A stretch of 64,000 bases of DNA from an uncultured Bacteroidales bacterium (GTDB lineage Bacteria > Bacteroidota > Bacteroidia > Bacteroidales > VadinHA17). Of the stretch, positions 53,178 to 61,727 are shown piece after piece. Made by a program: the position numbers and the translations under genes. Location of the stretch: the NCBI GenBank assembly GCA_963736675.1, contig CAVTPT010000005.1, positions 128,040 to 192,039 on the forward strand, in the 5' to 3' direction. A model generated the notes under the pieces. That model was not told the DNA's origin. It searched no databases and saw nothing but the letters and a program-made list of their open reading frames with translations. The first letter of the stretch is position 1; every line of letters begins with the position of its first letter.

Positions 53178-53960
53178 CTATAGTTTTTCAGCCTCCGAAA
53201 TTGCGTTTATTAAATGGTTCTCAGGCTGGTTTTTAATACCTATGATGTTGAAGGTATTACTGAATATATTGAATACAAGAGCTTTACCTGAAAGAACATC
53301 ACCTGCTCCGGTAATGATCTTTATGACCTCATTTGCCATCCATGTTCCTGTTATACCCGGTAAAACACCCATTAGGCCTGTATTTTGCGGGAGAGGATTT
53401 TTCTTTTCGCTGATGTTGCTGTATGGATTGAAGCACCTGTATGTGGCTCCATTCATATAATTGAAAACCGAAACCATTCCTTCAAACTTATAAATTGACC
53501 CGTGAACCATCGGCTTGCCGAGGATAATACATGTGTCGTTGATAACATACCTTGTCTCAAAATTGTCTGTTGCATCAACAATGATGTCGAAATCCTTTAA
53601 GGTCTTTAGCGAATTTGTACTATTCAGCCTCAGGTTAAAAAGCTCTATATCTGTTATATTATTCAGCAGTGCCAGCCGGTTTTTAGCTATGATGGATTTT
53701 AGCTTGCCTATATCAGCTGTACCGTAGAGAACCTGTCTCTGCAGATTAGCCTCCTCAACAATATCGTTTTCAACAATAGCGACCTTCCCGATGCCCGCTG
53801 CGACAAGATATTGAAGCACCGGGCAGCCAAGACCTCCGGCACCCACCACAATTACTCCTGCCTTTCTGATCTTCTCCTGCCCGGCAAGGCCTATTTCAGG
53901 CACCATTATCTGCCTGTTGTAGCGTCTGATCTCCCTCTGGGATAGTATATCTTCCGGCAT
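53178..53960 (-). CDS. moeB: ThiF/MoeB/HesA-family E1-like adenylyltransferase (no rhodanese domain)
   Basis: 260 aa. Contains RYNRQI, the nucleotide loop VVGAGGLGCPVLQYLVAAGIG, and YRCFNP. Confidence 0.8.
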   Translation of the reverse strand: MPEDILSQREIRRYNRQIMVPEIGLAGQEKIRKAGVIVVGAGGLGCPVLQYLVAAGIGKVAIVENDIVEEANLQRQVLYGTADIGKLKSIIAKNRLALLNNITDIELFNLRLNSTNSLKTLKDFDIIVDATDNFETRYVINDTCIILGKPMVHGSIYKFEGMVSVFNYMNGATYRCFNPYSNISEKKNPLPQNTGLMGVLPGITGTWMANEVIKIITGAGDVLSGKALVFNIFSNTFNIIGIKNQPENHLINAISEAEKL

Positions 53961-54152
53961 AGGGGTTTCTGATTATTGGTCTATGCAAATATACATTCTT
54001 GAGGGATCGATTCAAAAAATGAAATAAGGCTGTCTGAAAGGAGAGCATCTGCCGCTGTGATAAAACATCACAATTGACTCTTCGTTATTTTGCGGTCGAT
54101 GGTTTTACTTTCGGAACAGCCTTCTGCCGGAAAAAATTATCTCGATGTGCTT

Positions 54153-55124
54153 TTAATCATTAAAGGTAAATGCCACGCCTATTTCATAAGGTTCAGGATT
54201 GAAGCCTGCGGGACCTCTGGATTCCCGGAACCAGGGCGAGAAGTAATAGGTTCCGAAGAGCATGAAATTCTCATAACCTATCCGGGCAGTGGTTCCTGCT
54301 CTTAAAAGGCAAAGGTTATAGTCGCCGTTTGATTTAAGTTTCTCTCCGTCCTTGAAAACAGTTTTTGTCCATGCATTAAGCTTCAGTCCCCCAACAATCC
54401 CGGCAGCAACATTTAACCGGTGACTGTAACCGGCGGGTATCTGAAATTCAAGGAGCAGCGGGACATTGAGATAAAGTGTTGAGAATTTTGATTTTTTCAC
54501 CGGAGATTCACTATCTGTAATAAGCTCTGTAACCACCCCGTCTTCTCCCACCTGAATGCTGTTATTCTCTGCGAACCTGTAGTTATTCCAGTTTATCCCT
54601 GCACCGGTAACAAACCCGATATGTCTCGAAAGACCAATACTCAGCTGGGTAAAATTAAGGTTATAACAAAATGATTTTCCTGTATTGAGATTCATAAAGG
54701 AAATCTCGTCGGGCAAATCAGCTGACCCGTAAAAAACATAGTTATTAAACCCGAAATCAATTCCGCTCCAGTGCCCTCTGAAATTCCTGGCGCTGCGATA
54801 AGCGTCCCTGTCGTCCTCGTCCTGTTCTCTATATTCCCTGACATATTCCCCGGGATACTCTTCTTCATCATATTTTTCAACTCTGATCTTTGGCCCTTCG
54901 AGGGATTCAAGTATGCTGATACCCCTGTTTTTGACCTTCACAGTCACCGAAGAGTCATTCTCCTCAACATTTACCAGGTCCCTTCCGATCACGACCCTGG
55001 TTTTTATGTTTGAATCTGCAACAGTCAGAAGTTTTTGGTCCGGCTCATCAGTCGTTTTTTGCTCCTGTCCGAAGCTGCCGGAAAGTACCGACATCGCTAA
55101 AAAAAGTAATATTATTCGTTTCAT
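54153..55124 (-). CDS. Outer-membrane beta-barrel (porin-family) protein, hypothetical
   Basis: 323 aa from ATG 55124, with signal peptide MKRIILLFLAMSVLSGSFGQ. It has an alternating-hydrophobic C-terminal half and ends with an aromatic-rich strand (VAFTFND). It is the last gene of the ECF sigma operon. Confidence 0.6.
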   Translation of the reverse strand: MKRIILLFLAMSVLSGSFGQEQKTTDEPDQKLLTVADSNIKTRVVIGRDLVNVEENDSSVTVKVKNRGISILESLEGPKIRVEKYDEEEYPGEYVREYREQDEDDRDAYRSARNFRGHWSGIDFGFNNYVFYGSADLPDEISFMNLNTGKSFCYNLNFTQLSIGLSRHIGFVTGAGINWNNYRFAENNSIQVGEDGVVTELITDSESPVKKSKFSTLYLNVPLLLEFQIPAGYSHRLNVAAGIVGGLKLNAWTKTVFKDGEKLKSNGDYNLCLLRAGTTARIGYENFMLFGTYYFSPWFRESRGPAGFNPEPYEIGVAFTFND

Positions 55125-55175
55125 CCTTATAGAATTTTGTGTGTTTTGAATGGGACGTTCAGGCAAATAATAAAG

Positions 55176-56285
55176 TTACATAGGAGGTTCGGATAATTTT
55201 ACAGGTGCATTGAACCTCAGACTCTTAGAACTGAAATAAATTGACACTACCTCCCCTTTGCTGTCGGTGTTTTTTACCAGTGCCAGTTCGGTCCCGAACA
55301 GTTTATTCATTCCTTTGATACCTGCCTCAGCCACATCGTAAGCTTTTACAGGAGAATCTCCGGCCTCTTTATTTCTCATGATCCTTTCGTGGAAGAACCT
55401 TGCGGCAAACTTTTCCACATTACTCCTCATGTCATCGAACGAATTACCGCGAATTTCAGAATTAAAAGCCATCAGCAGATTATCCTGGCCGGCTTGGGTG
55501 TTCAGCCCTGTTAACGCCATTGATTCCGGAATAAAAATGGTCTGAAGGTTAGTTCTTTCCACTGGCATCCCCCGGGAGGAAATTGCCTCGGGGGCGGGGC
55601 CGGTTTCTGCATTTTGGGGAACAGCTTCTTCCTTAGGACTGTCAGATAAAGCGACGGATTTTATGCCGGCGTCAGGCTTCAATGATGATTCAGAAGCGTT
55701 GGTTGAAATAAATGGAGGAATCAGCTCTATATCAACTGTGTCTGAAATATAGGATGATGTAATATTCACTGTTTCCCCTCTCATGGCACCGGGGATAACG
55801 AAGAAAATTCTGAAAAGGAAAAAGACCAGGGCTGCGGTACTGAGGGAAGTAACTACAAGGCGGATCATCTTTCCGGCAGGGCCCTTTTTTCTTAATGCTG
55901 ACTTGTGAGGATAATTTACCCGGGGAGGGAGCAGCCGTAGTTTCCGGATAACCTCATATGCTTTTCTGTTTTCAGGCGACTTATCAACAGCCTCCTGAAG
56001 GTCCGCGACCTGGTCGGGAGAAAGGTCATTTTCAAGCCCTGCAACTGCCAGGATATCGAATTGTGAAGCAGTAAGATCAGCTGCACTCTTCATTATCTTT
56101 TCCCTGCAGGGGAATGATACTTTTTCCGGATTAAGTCTGATCAGTGTGAGAGGCTCAGATTCATCACGAAGGTCGGGATTTTCAGACAGGAATCTCCGGA
56201 TCTCTTCCTCATCATGAGGATCAAGATTGCCCTCGAGCCAGTCAAGCAGAAAGATTTCGTAATTTGATCTGTCCGGTTTCATCAT
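55176..56285 (-). CDS. Putative anti-sigma factor (single-pass membrane protein)
   Basis: 369 aa. Its start overlaps the sigma-factor stop by 1 nt (TAATG). It has a cytoplasmic N-terminal helix bundle (YEIFLLDWLEGNL), one TM (MIRLVVTSLSTAALVFFLFRIFFVIPG) and a periplasmic C-terminus. Confidence 0.55.
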   Translation of the reverse strand: MMKPDRSNYEIFLLDWLEGNLDPHDEEEIRRFLSENPDLRDESEPLTLIRLNPEKVSFPCREKIMKSAADLTASQFDILAVAGLENDLSPDQVADLQEAVDKSPENRKAYEVIRKLRLLPPRVNYPHKSALRKKGPAGKMIRLVVTSLSTAALVFFLFRIFFVIPGAMRGETVNITSSYISDTVDIELIPPFISTNASESSLKPDAGIKSVALSDSPKEEAVPQNAETGPAPEAISSRGMPVERTNLQTIFIPESMALTGLNTQAGQDNLLMAFNSEIRGNSFDDMRSNVEKFAARFFHERIMRNKEAGDSPVKAYDVAEAGIKGMNKLFGTELALVKNTDSKGEVVSIYFSSKSLRFNAPVKLSEPPM

Positions 56286-56770
56286 TAAAGTACTGTTTCT
56301 ATTTTCCCGATAAAGCTCTTTAGAGCCATTCTTCCCCTGTATATGTTGATCTTGACCTGTGCCTCGCTCATCCCGGTTATTTCGCCTATCTCCCTGTAAC
56401 TGTATCCCTCGTAGTCGCGCAGCAGAACAAGAGATTTCTGGTTTTCGGGCAATCTTTCCAGTGCCATATGAAGTATCTCATTAAGATCGCTGTATTGTGA
56501 TTCGTATGTAAGATCAGGATCCTCTTTTTCATCAAGTGAGGCTATTCTCTTCTCCCTTCTTATAATATCGATCATAGTATGATAAGCTGTTGTAAAAAGC
56601 CACGATTTTACTACCTGATAATCAATATCGGTAACACTTCTCCAGAGCTTTTCATAACTGTCCTGTACTATATCGCTGGCCCTCTCCTCATCCTTAATGT
56701 TTGACAGGATGAAGCGATAAACAGAATCAGAGTACTCATCAACAGATCTGTTATATTCCTTGACTGTCAT
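56285..56770 (-). CDS. ECF-subfamily RNA polymerase sigma-70 factor
   Basis: 161 aa. Region 2 is DIVQDSYEKLW and region 4 HTH is YSYREIGEITGMSEAQVKINIYRGR. Confidence 0.9.
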   Translation of the reverse strand: MTVKEYNRSVDEYSDSVYRFILSNIKDEERASDIVQDSYEKLWRSVTDIDYQVVKSWLFTTAYHTMIDIIRREKRIASLDEKEDPDLTYESQYSDLNEILHMALERLPENQKSLVLLRDYEGYSYREIGEITGMSEAQVKINIYRGRMALKSFIGKIETVL

Positions 56771-56822
56771 AAAATAAATTCCTGTATAAAGACGGTTGAA
56801 AATAAGAAAAGTTACAGGATGG

Positions 56823-56855
56823 AAAAAATTAAGACACCCGGATGGGGTGTCTTAA
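56823..56855 (-). terminator. Rho-independent terminator of the GH16-like gene
   Basis: An 11-bp stem TTAAGACACCC / GGGTGTCTTAA with a 5-nt loop. On the minus strand it is followed by TTTTTT, the complement of 56823-56828. Confidence 0.8.
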
Positions 56856-56882
56856 CAAAAACTATTGAATAGTAATGAATCG

Positions 56883-58496
56883 TCACTTTGGCTGGTACAC
56901 TCTAACCCAGTCGATCTCCATTGTTGACATCCCGTTTATTGGTTTGTCGAGGCCCCCTGAAAGAGAGATATACATGGGAACCTGGGGGACATCGGTCGTT
57001 TGTCTGAAGACCTCTTCACCGTTAATTTTCCAGACAAGTCTGTCGGGGGTCCATTCGAGTGTATAAATGTAGTAATCTGATGCATATCTGGCCCCTGCTG
57101 ATGCTTTTAATACTCTGTCGGTCGACGGGAAAAGGTCAAACCAGACTTTCCCTCCCGAAGTACGGCAAATGTCAAGATGAGGTGTGATCTTGTCGGCTAT
57201 AAGCCAGAAGGCATTTTTGGCACCCGGGTTTCCCAGCCGTATTTTAGCAGAGAAAATACCATATTTCTGCCTGAAGGATTTTCCGGTATTGATAAGTCCC
57301 GATGTATAACTGAATTCCCTGGTTTTGAATCCGTGGTCGGCCGACCACACCTTCCCGTTAATTCTCTGGGGTTTTGTGAGGATCTTCAGAAGGCTGTTCC
57401 TTACCTCAAAATTGTCCTTTTCAGTATATGCCTGCAGATCAGATTCAACTGAATACCTGTCGCCGAGCAATTTGTCGCCCCAGTAATAGTTTGTAAGCCA
57501 CCTGGAGGTGTCAAGTCTGTCACTGTCAAATTCCTCACTGAAGGTCATCTCCCTGCTTTTCAGTATGTCAAATTTGTCTGAATCCTTAACCTTAAAGTAC
57601 CAGATTATATCTTCATTCTTCTTCAGCTTGTCATACTCCTGGATATCCCTGAACATCTCGGTCTTTTCGAACCGCTTTGTATCCAGAAGGTAGTTTTTCC
57701 TTTCCCTGAATTCGGGTGTTGCAACATATTCCTTGAGCTCATAATACCGGGCAAGCCTCGACGATCCCTCAGTATTCAGGTAGTTTGCATACTCTTTTGA
57801 AGATTTGAAATTATAAAACTCCTTTATCTCAACACTGTTCTTAAGGCGTTTGTACTCCAGGAGCTTTGAATACTCTTCAGAATCTTTGAAGGTTATCGGT
57901 CTCATATTCTTTTTGGCAAGAAACTCCGAAGTTTTCATATATGCTCCAAGCTCCTCAAATCTTAAAATAGTTTTTGATTTCTGAGCTTCTCCCTTCGCAA
58001 CCGCCCTGTAATATGATTTTACCTCAGGATCCTTTTTAAGAGATTTAAATTCAACGAGTTTCCTGTATTCATCTGTATCTTTGAACCTGACAGGTTTCAT
58101 CTTCTCCTTTTGCTTGAATTCAAATGAATTAATGAATGACTCGAGCGACTCAAAATCCTTTATTTTCACCGACCCATCCATCTCTTTGAACCTCTTCAGT
58201 GTGCTTCCGCCTATAGTTTTGAAATAGAGGATTATATCTTTTGCTTTCTGTAATGAGAGAAGCTCCTTCTCGCGCTGGAACTCATCAGAATTTTTATATT
58301 GGATCGATTCAATCTCTTTCCTTTTCCGGATAAAATCGGTGGAATTTACCAGATCGTGCAGTTTTGTATATTTAGCCAGTAGTTCTGATTTTGAAAATAC
58401 TCCAAGCTTTTCAAATTCATTAACCAGGGCTTTTTCTGCCAGTTCAATTTTAGATGTTGCGGGGATCAAACCCAGTAGAAGCCTGAGACTTGCCAT
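56883..58496 (-). CDS. GH16-fold (concanavalin-like/glucanase) domain protein with four N-terminal helical repeats; catalytic motif not conserved
   Basis: 537 aa from ATG 58496 (the track extends to GTG 58562). The C-terminal about 210 aa has GH16 hallmarks (NAFWLI, YTLEWTPDRLVWKINGEEV, MEIDWVRVYQ). The N-terminal part has four ~65-aa repeats. No signal peptide is visible. Confidence 0.75.
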   Translation of the reverse strand: MASLRLLLGLIPATSKIELAEKALVNEFEKLGVFSKSELLAKYTKLHDLVNSTDFIRKRKEIESIQYKNSDEFQREKELLSLQKAKDIILYFKTIGGSTLKRFKEMDGSVKIKDFESLESFINSFEFKQKEKMKPVRFKDTDEYRKLVEFKSLKKDPEVKSYYRAVAKGEAQKSKTILRFEELGAYMKTSEFLAKKNMRPITFKDSEEYSKLLEYKRLKNSVEIKEFYNFKSSKEYANYLNTEGSSRLARYYELKEYVATPEFRERKNYLLDTKRFEKTEMFRDIQEYDKLKKNEDIIWYFKVKDSDKFDILKSREMTFSEEFDSDRLDTSRWLTNYYWGDKLLGDRYSVESDLQAYTEKDNFEVRNSLLKILTKPQRINGKVWSADHGFKTREFSYTSGLINTGKSFRQKYGIFSAKIRLGNPGAKNAFWLIADKITPHLDICRTSGGKVWFDLFPSTDRVLKASAGARYASDYYIYTLEWTPDRLVWKINGEEVFRQTTDVPQVPMYISLSGGLDKPINGMSTMEIDWVRVYQPK

Positions 58497-58765
58497 TGTA
58501 AAACGGTTTTTGGTATAACCTGTTAAAGATAGAAAATCTTTTCTTATTATGTAAAACCACACTTTTATTATTTTAAAACAAGCTATTACGTGGAGGAAAG
58601 ATAAAACGCAGAAGTGTAAACATATATTATAAACAGGGGCCGGATCGTGCCATTTATAAAGCAGAAACAGCCCGGGGAATTTTTTATGAATCGAAGAATT
58701 TCAAGGTTAATTCAAATGCTATCCGTTTAAAAATGATTGGTAAACAAAAAAATTTAAAAAAAAAA

Positions 58766-58797
58766 TTTGGAAAACTGAAATTGTCATTCTATCTTTG
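58766..58797 (+). promoter_or_regulatory. Bacteroidota-type promoter of the TetR-LolA-like-ABC operon (-33 TTTG, -7 TATCTTTG)
   Basis: TTTG at 58766-58769, a 20-nt spacer, then TATCTTTG at 58790-58797. It sits 69 nt upstream of ATG 58866. Confidence 0.5.
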
Positions 58798-58857
58798 ACT
58801 AACCGTTCAATCAAAAAACGGTTTTTAAAGGTATAATTATTGAATGGGCGTTTAGTC
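58797..58857 (+). promoter_or_regulatory. Long-range inverted repeat GACTAA-ccg-TTCAAT ... ATTGAA-tgggcgt-TTAGTC between promoter and tetR start; candidate TetR operator pair
   Basis: The left copy (58797-58811) abuts the -7 box and the right copy (58839-58857) ends 8 nt before the ATG. An inner hairpin AACCGTT-N9-AACGGTT (58801-58823) is followed by TTTTT. Confidence 0.35.
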
Positions 58858-58865
58858 ATAAAATT

Positions 58866-59507
58866 ATGTCACCACGGACACACAAGCAGTTTCAGGAGAT
58901 AAGGGAGGAGAAAAAAGCCCTTATAATGGATGTTGCACTGGAGCATTTTGCCGGTGAGGGGTATTTTAACACAACAATAAATCATATTGCCAGGGAGGCC
59001 GGAATTTCAAAAGGGTTAATGTACAACTACTTTGAAAGCAAGGAGGAGCTTCTCAAAGCTATCATTGCCCGCTCTCTCGGCGAGATTTATAATTACTTCG
59101 ATATAAACAGGGACGGTTATTTATCTGAAGAGGAGTTCGAATATTTTGTCAGGCGTGCAACAAAAGCCCTGAGTGAAAACAGGGCATTCTGGAGGCTCTT
59201 TTTTCAGCTGTTGATGCAGAATGAAGTCAGAACAAGGTTTTTACAGGATTTTCTTGGTACTGACTCGCTGCTGAAATCAGTTACGGAACCAAAAAAGGAA
59301 CTGTTCCTGGCGGAGATAATCAGCAGCATAACAGATTACTTTGTAAGGAAGAAGGGTAAAAACGGACCGGATTATGATCCTTTTATTGAGCTGAACATGT
59401 TTATTATAACGCTTAAAGGGTTTGCCCTCACCTTTATCTACATGGATAAAGATGATGAGAAACTTACTGAAGGAACTATTGAGGCCATTATTAAACAATA
59501 TAAATAA
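58866..59507 (+). CDS. TetR/AcrR-family transcriptional regulator carrying an EF-hand-like loop
   Basis: 213 aa. The N-terminal HTH is TTINHIAREAGISKGLMYNYFESKEEL. Residues 79-91 are DINRDGYLSEEEF. Confidence 0.9.
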   Translation: MSPRTHKQFQEIREEKKALIMDVALEHFAGEGYFNTTINHIAREAGISKGLMYNYFESKEELLKAIIARSLGEIYNYFDINRDGYLSEEEFEYFVRRATKALSENRAFWRLFFQLLMQNEVRTRFLQDFLGTDSLLKSVTEPKKELFLAEIISSITDYFVRKKGKNGPDYDPFIELNMFIITLKGFALTFIYMDKDDEKLTEGTIEAIIKQYK

Positions 59508-59515
59508 TCCGGGAA

Positions 59516-60280
59516 ATGAGAAGTTCATTTTATAAAGGGTTGATACTTTTTTTAATAGGAACATGTTTTTTTACCCTTCAGTCACAGACACCTTCTGCCA
59601 CCGACATTATCAGAAAAGCGGACGAGAAATTCAAGGGGGAGCAGACAGGGTACAGTGTAATGAAGATGACTATTGTCAGGCCCACCTGGCAGAGAACTGT
59701 CGAATTCAGATCGTGGTCGAAGGATGATGATTATGCTCTGACTCTTATTACTGCACCGGCACGTGAAAAGGGCCAGACATTCCTGAAAAGAGGTAGTGAA
59801 ATGTGGAGCTGGAATCCTTCCATTAATCGTCTGATAAAGTTGCCTCCTTCAATGATGTCGCAGGGATGGATGGGATCTGACTACACAAATGATGATATCC
59901 TTAGGGAATCGTCGGTGGTAAATGATTATACCCACACACTCGAGAGCACCGTGGTTGTGGACGGAAGAGAGTGCTACAAGATAAGACTCGTGGCAAAGGA
60001 GGATGCGGATGTCCTGTGGGGTCAGCAGATATGGTGGGTTGACATAAAGGAGTCAATTGTTCTGAAGGCCGAACTGTACGATGAAGACGGTTACCTTGTA
60101 CGATCTGAAAGAGGCACTGACCTTAAAATACTGGACGGCAGGCTTCTTCCTTCAACCATTGAGCTTGTTCCGGCTGAATCGGAAGGGAATAAAACAATCC
60201 TTGAGATAGTGGAAATGAAGTTCAACATGGTAATGGAAGACAGCTTCTTTTCTCAACAGAATATGAAAACTATCAGGTAG
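59516..60280 (+). CDS. LolA-like outer-membrane lipoprotein-sorting-type protein (secreted)
   Basis: 254 aa with signal peptide MRSSFYKGLILFLIGTCFFTLQSQ. The block WMGSDYTNDDILRES and the overall size resemble the LolA-like family usually annotated as outer membrane lipoprotein-sorting protein. Confidence 0.7.
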   Translation: MRSSFYKGLILFLIGTCFFTLQSQTPSATDIIRKADEKFKGEQTGYSVMKMTIVRPTWQRTVEFRSWSKDDDYALTLITAPAREKGQTFLKRGSEMWSWNPSINRLIKLPPSMMSQGWMGSDYTNDDILRESSVVNDYTHTLESTVVVDGRECYKIRLVAKEDADVLWGQQIWWVDIKESIVLKAELYDEDGYLVRSERGTDLKILDGRLLPSTIELVPAESEGNKTILEIVEMKFNMVMEDSFFSQQNMKTIR

Positions 60281-60300
60281 TTAACTAATGCCACTCAGCT

Positions 60301-61716
60301 ATGAGAGATTTCAGGATGGCATGGAGAAATCTATGGAGGAATAAGAGAAGAACTCTTATCACTGCAGCTTCGGTGTTTTTTGCAGTATTCTTTGCCCTGG
60401 TGATGCGATCATTTCAGCTGGGGGCTTATGACCGGCTTTTTAAGAATATAATTGAATCGTATACGGGATATCTGCAGGTGCAGCATATGGATTATTTTGA
60501 TGATCCTGTTCTTGATAACGGATTTGAATCTGATGGGGCCCTGATGGAAAAGATCCTTAATGATCCTAATGTAAAAACAGTTGTGCCAAGGCTTGAATCC
60601 TTTGCGCTGGCAGCTGCCGGTAGCCGCACCCAGGGAGTTATGGTAATGGGAATTGATCCTGAAGGTGAAGATGAGGTATCGGGTATCAGAAACCGGATGG
60701 TTAAGTACAGGCTTACCCCCGCCGTGATCAGTTCCCTGAAGAATGATAAATTACCTGACCCGGCCAGGAGGCTTCTTGATATTTTCAGCGACGAGTCATA
60801 TTCCAGTGAAGGACGTCTGATGCTCGATCTGGGGATTGAGGCCGGCGATTCTGCTTCAGTAATGCCTCTGTTGCGCAGACATGCCTCATTAAGGAACGGG
60901 TACATCGAAAGCGACGATCTGACAGGTGCAGTTATTGGCAGCGGATTGTCTGACTATCTGAAGCTGGGAATAGGCGATACATTGGTTCTGATGGGACTGG
61001 GTTATCATGGTACCACGGCGGCAGGTAAATATGAGATCAGGGGAATTGTGAAACTTCCAGCTCCCGACATCGATAATGTTATCGTTTACATTCCGGTTGA
61101 GGCAGCAAGGGAACTCTATGCCTCACCGGGCATGACAACTTCTTCAGTAATAAGCCTGAAAAACAATAATGAAAAGGAGCTCCTGCTGACAAAGGCAAGA
61201 CTTGAGAAAATGATTTCAGATCCCCTTGTGATTCGCGACTGGAAAGAACTGAATGCCCTTCTTATAAATCAGATGGATGCGGATAATAAAAGCGGGATGA
61301 TTATGATAGGTATATTGTATCTGGTTATTGCTTTTGGAGTTTTCGGAACGGTCCTTATGATGCTTGCCGAAAGGAAAAGAGAATTCGGGATGCTTGTCTC
61401 AATAGGGATGCAGAAAGTAAAACTGGCAAAAGTAATCTCTGTGGAAATGCTTCTGATAGGATTTCTTGGAGTAGCTGCAGGAGTTATCGCTTCACTGCCT
61501 GTTGTGTTTTATGGCAACCTTCACCCGTTAAGGTTTACAGGCGAAATGGCACGTATGTACGAAGATTATGGCTTTGAACCGGTGATGCCGACTCTCCTGC
61601 CTGATAAATACTATATGTGGCAGACTGTGGTGGTTCTGATCATTGTTTTGATAGCAATTGCGTTCAGCGTCCGTAAGGTCCTGAAGATAAATGTTATTCA
61701 GTCGTTAAAGGCATAA
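60301..61716 (+). CDS. ABC transporter permease, FtsX/MacB/LolC-type (4 TM with large periplasmic domain)
   Basis: 471 aa. TM1 is LITAASVFFAVFFALVM, followed by an approximately 290-aa loop and then three C-terminal TM helices (FtsX domain). Confidence 0.85.
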   Translation: MRDFRMAWRNLWRNKRRTLITAASVFFAVFFALVMRSFQLGAYDRLFKNIIESYTGYLQVQHMDYFDDPVLDNGFESDGALMEKILNDPNVKTVVPRLESFALAAAGSRTQGVMVMGIDPEGEDEVSGIRNRMVKYRLTPAVISSLKNDKLPDPARRLLDIFSDESYSSEGRLMLDLGIEAGDSASVMPLLRRHASLRNGYIESDDLTGAVIGSGLSDYLKLGIGDTLVLMGLGYHGTTAAGKYEIRGIVKLPAPDIDNVIVYIPVEAARELYASPGMTTSSVISLKNNNEKELLLTKARLEKMISDPLVIRDWKELNALLINQMDADNKSGMIMIGILYLVIAFGVFGTVLMMLAERKREFGMLVSIGMQKVKLAKVISVEMLLIGFLGVAAGVIASLPVVFYGNLHPLRFTGEMARMYEDYGFEPVMPTLLPDKYYMWQTVVVLIIVLIAIAFSVRKVLKINVIQSLKA

Positions 61717-61727
61717 ATTGATATAAG

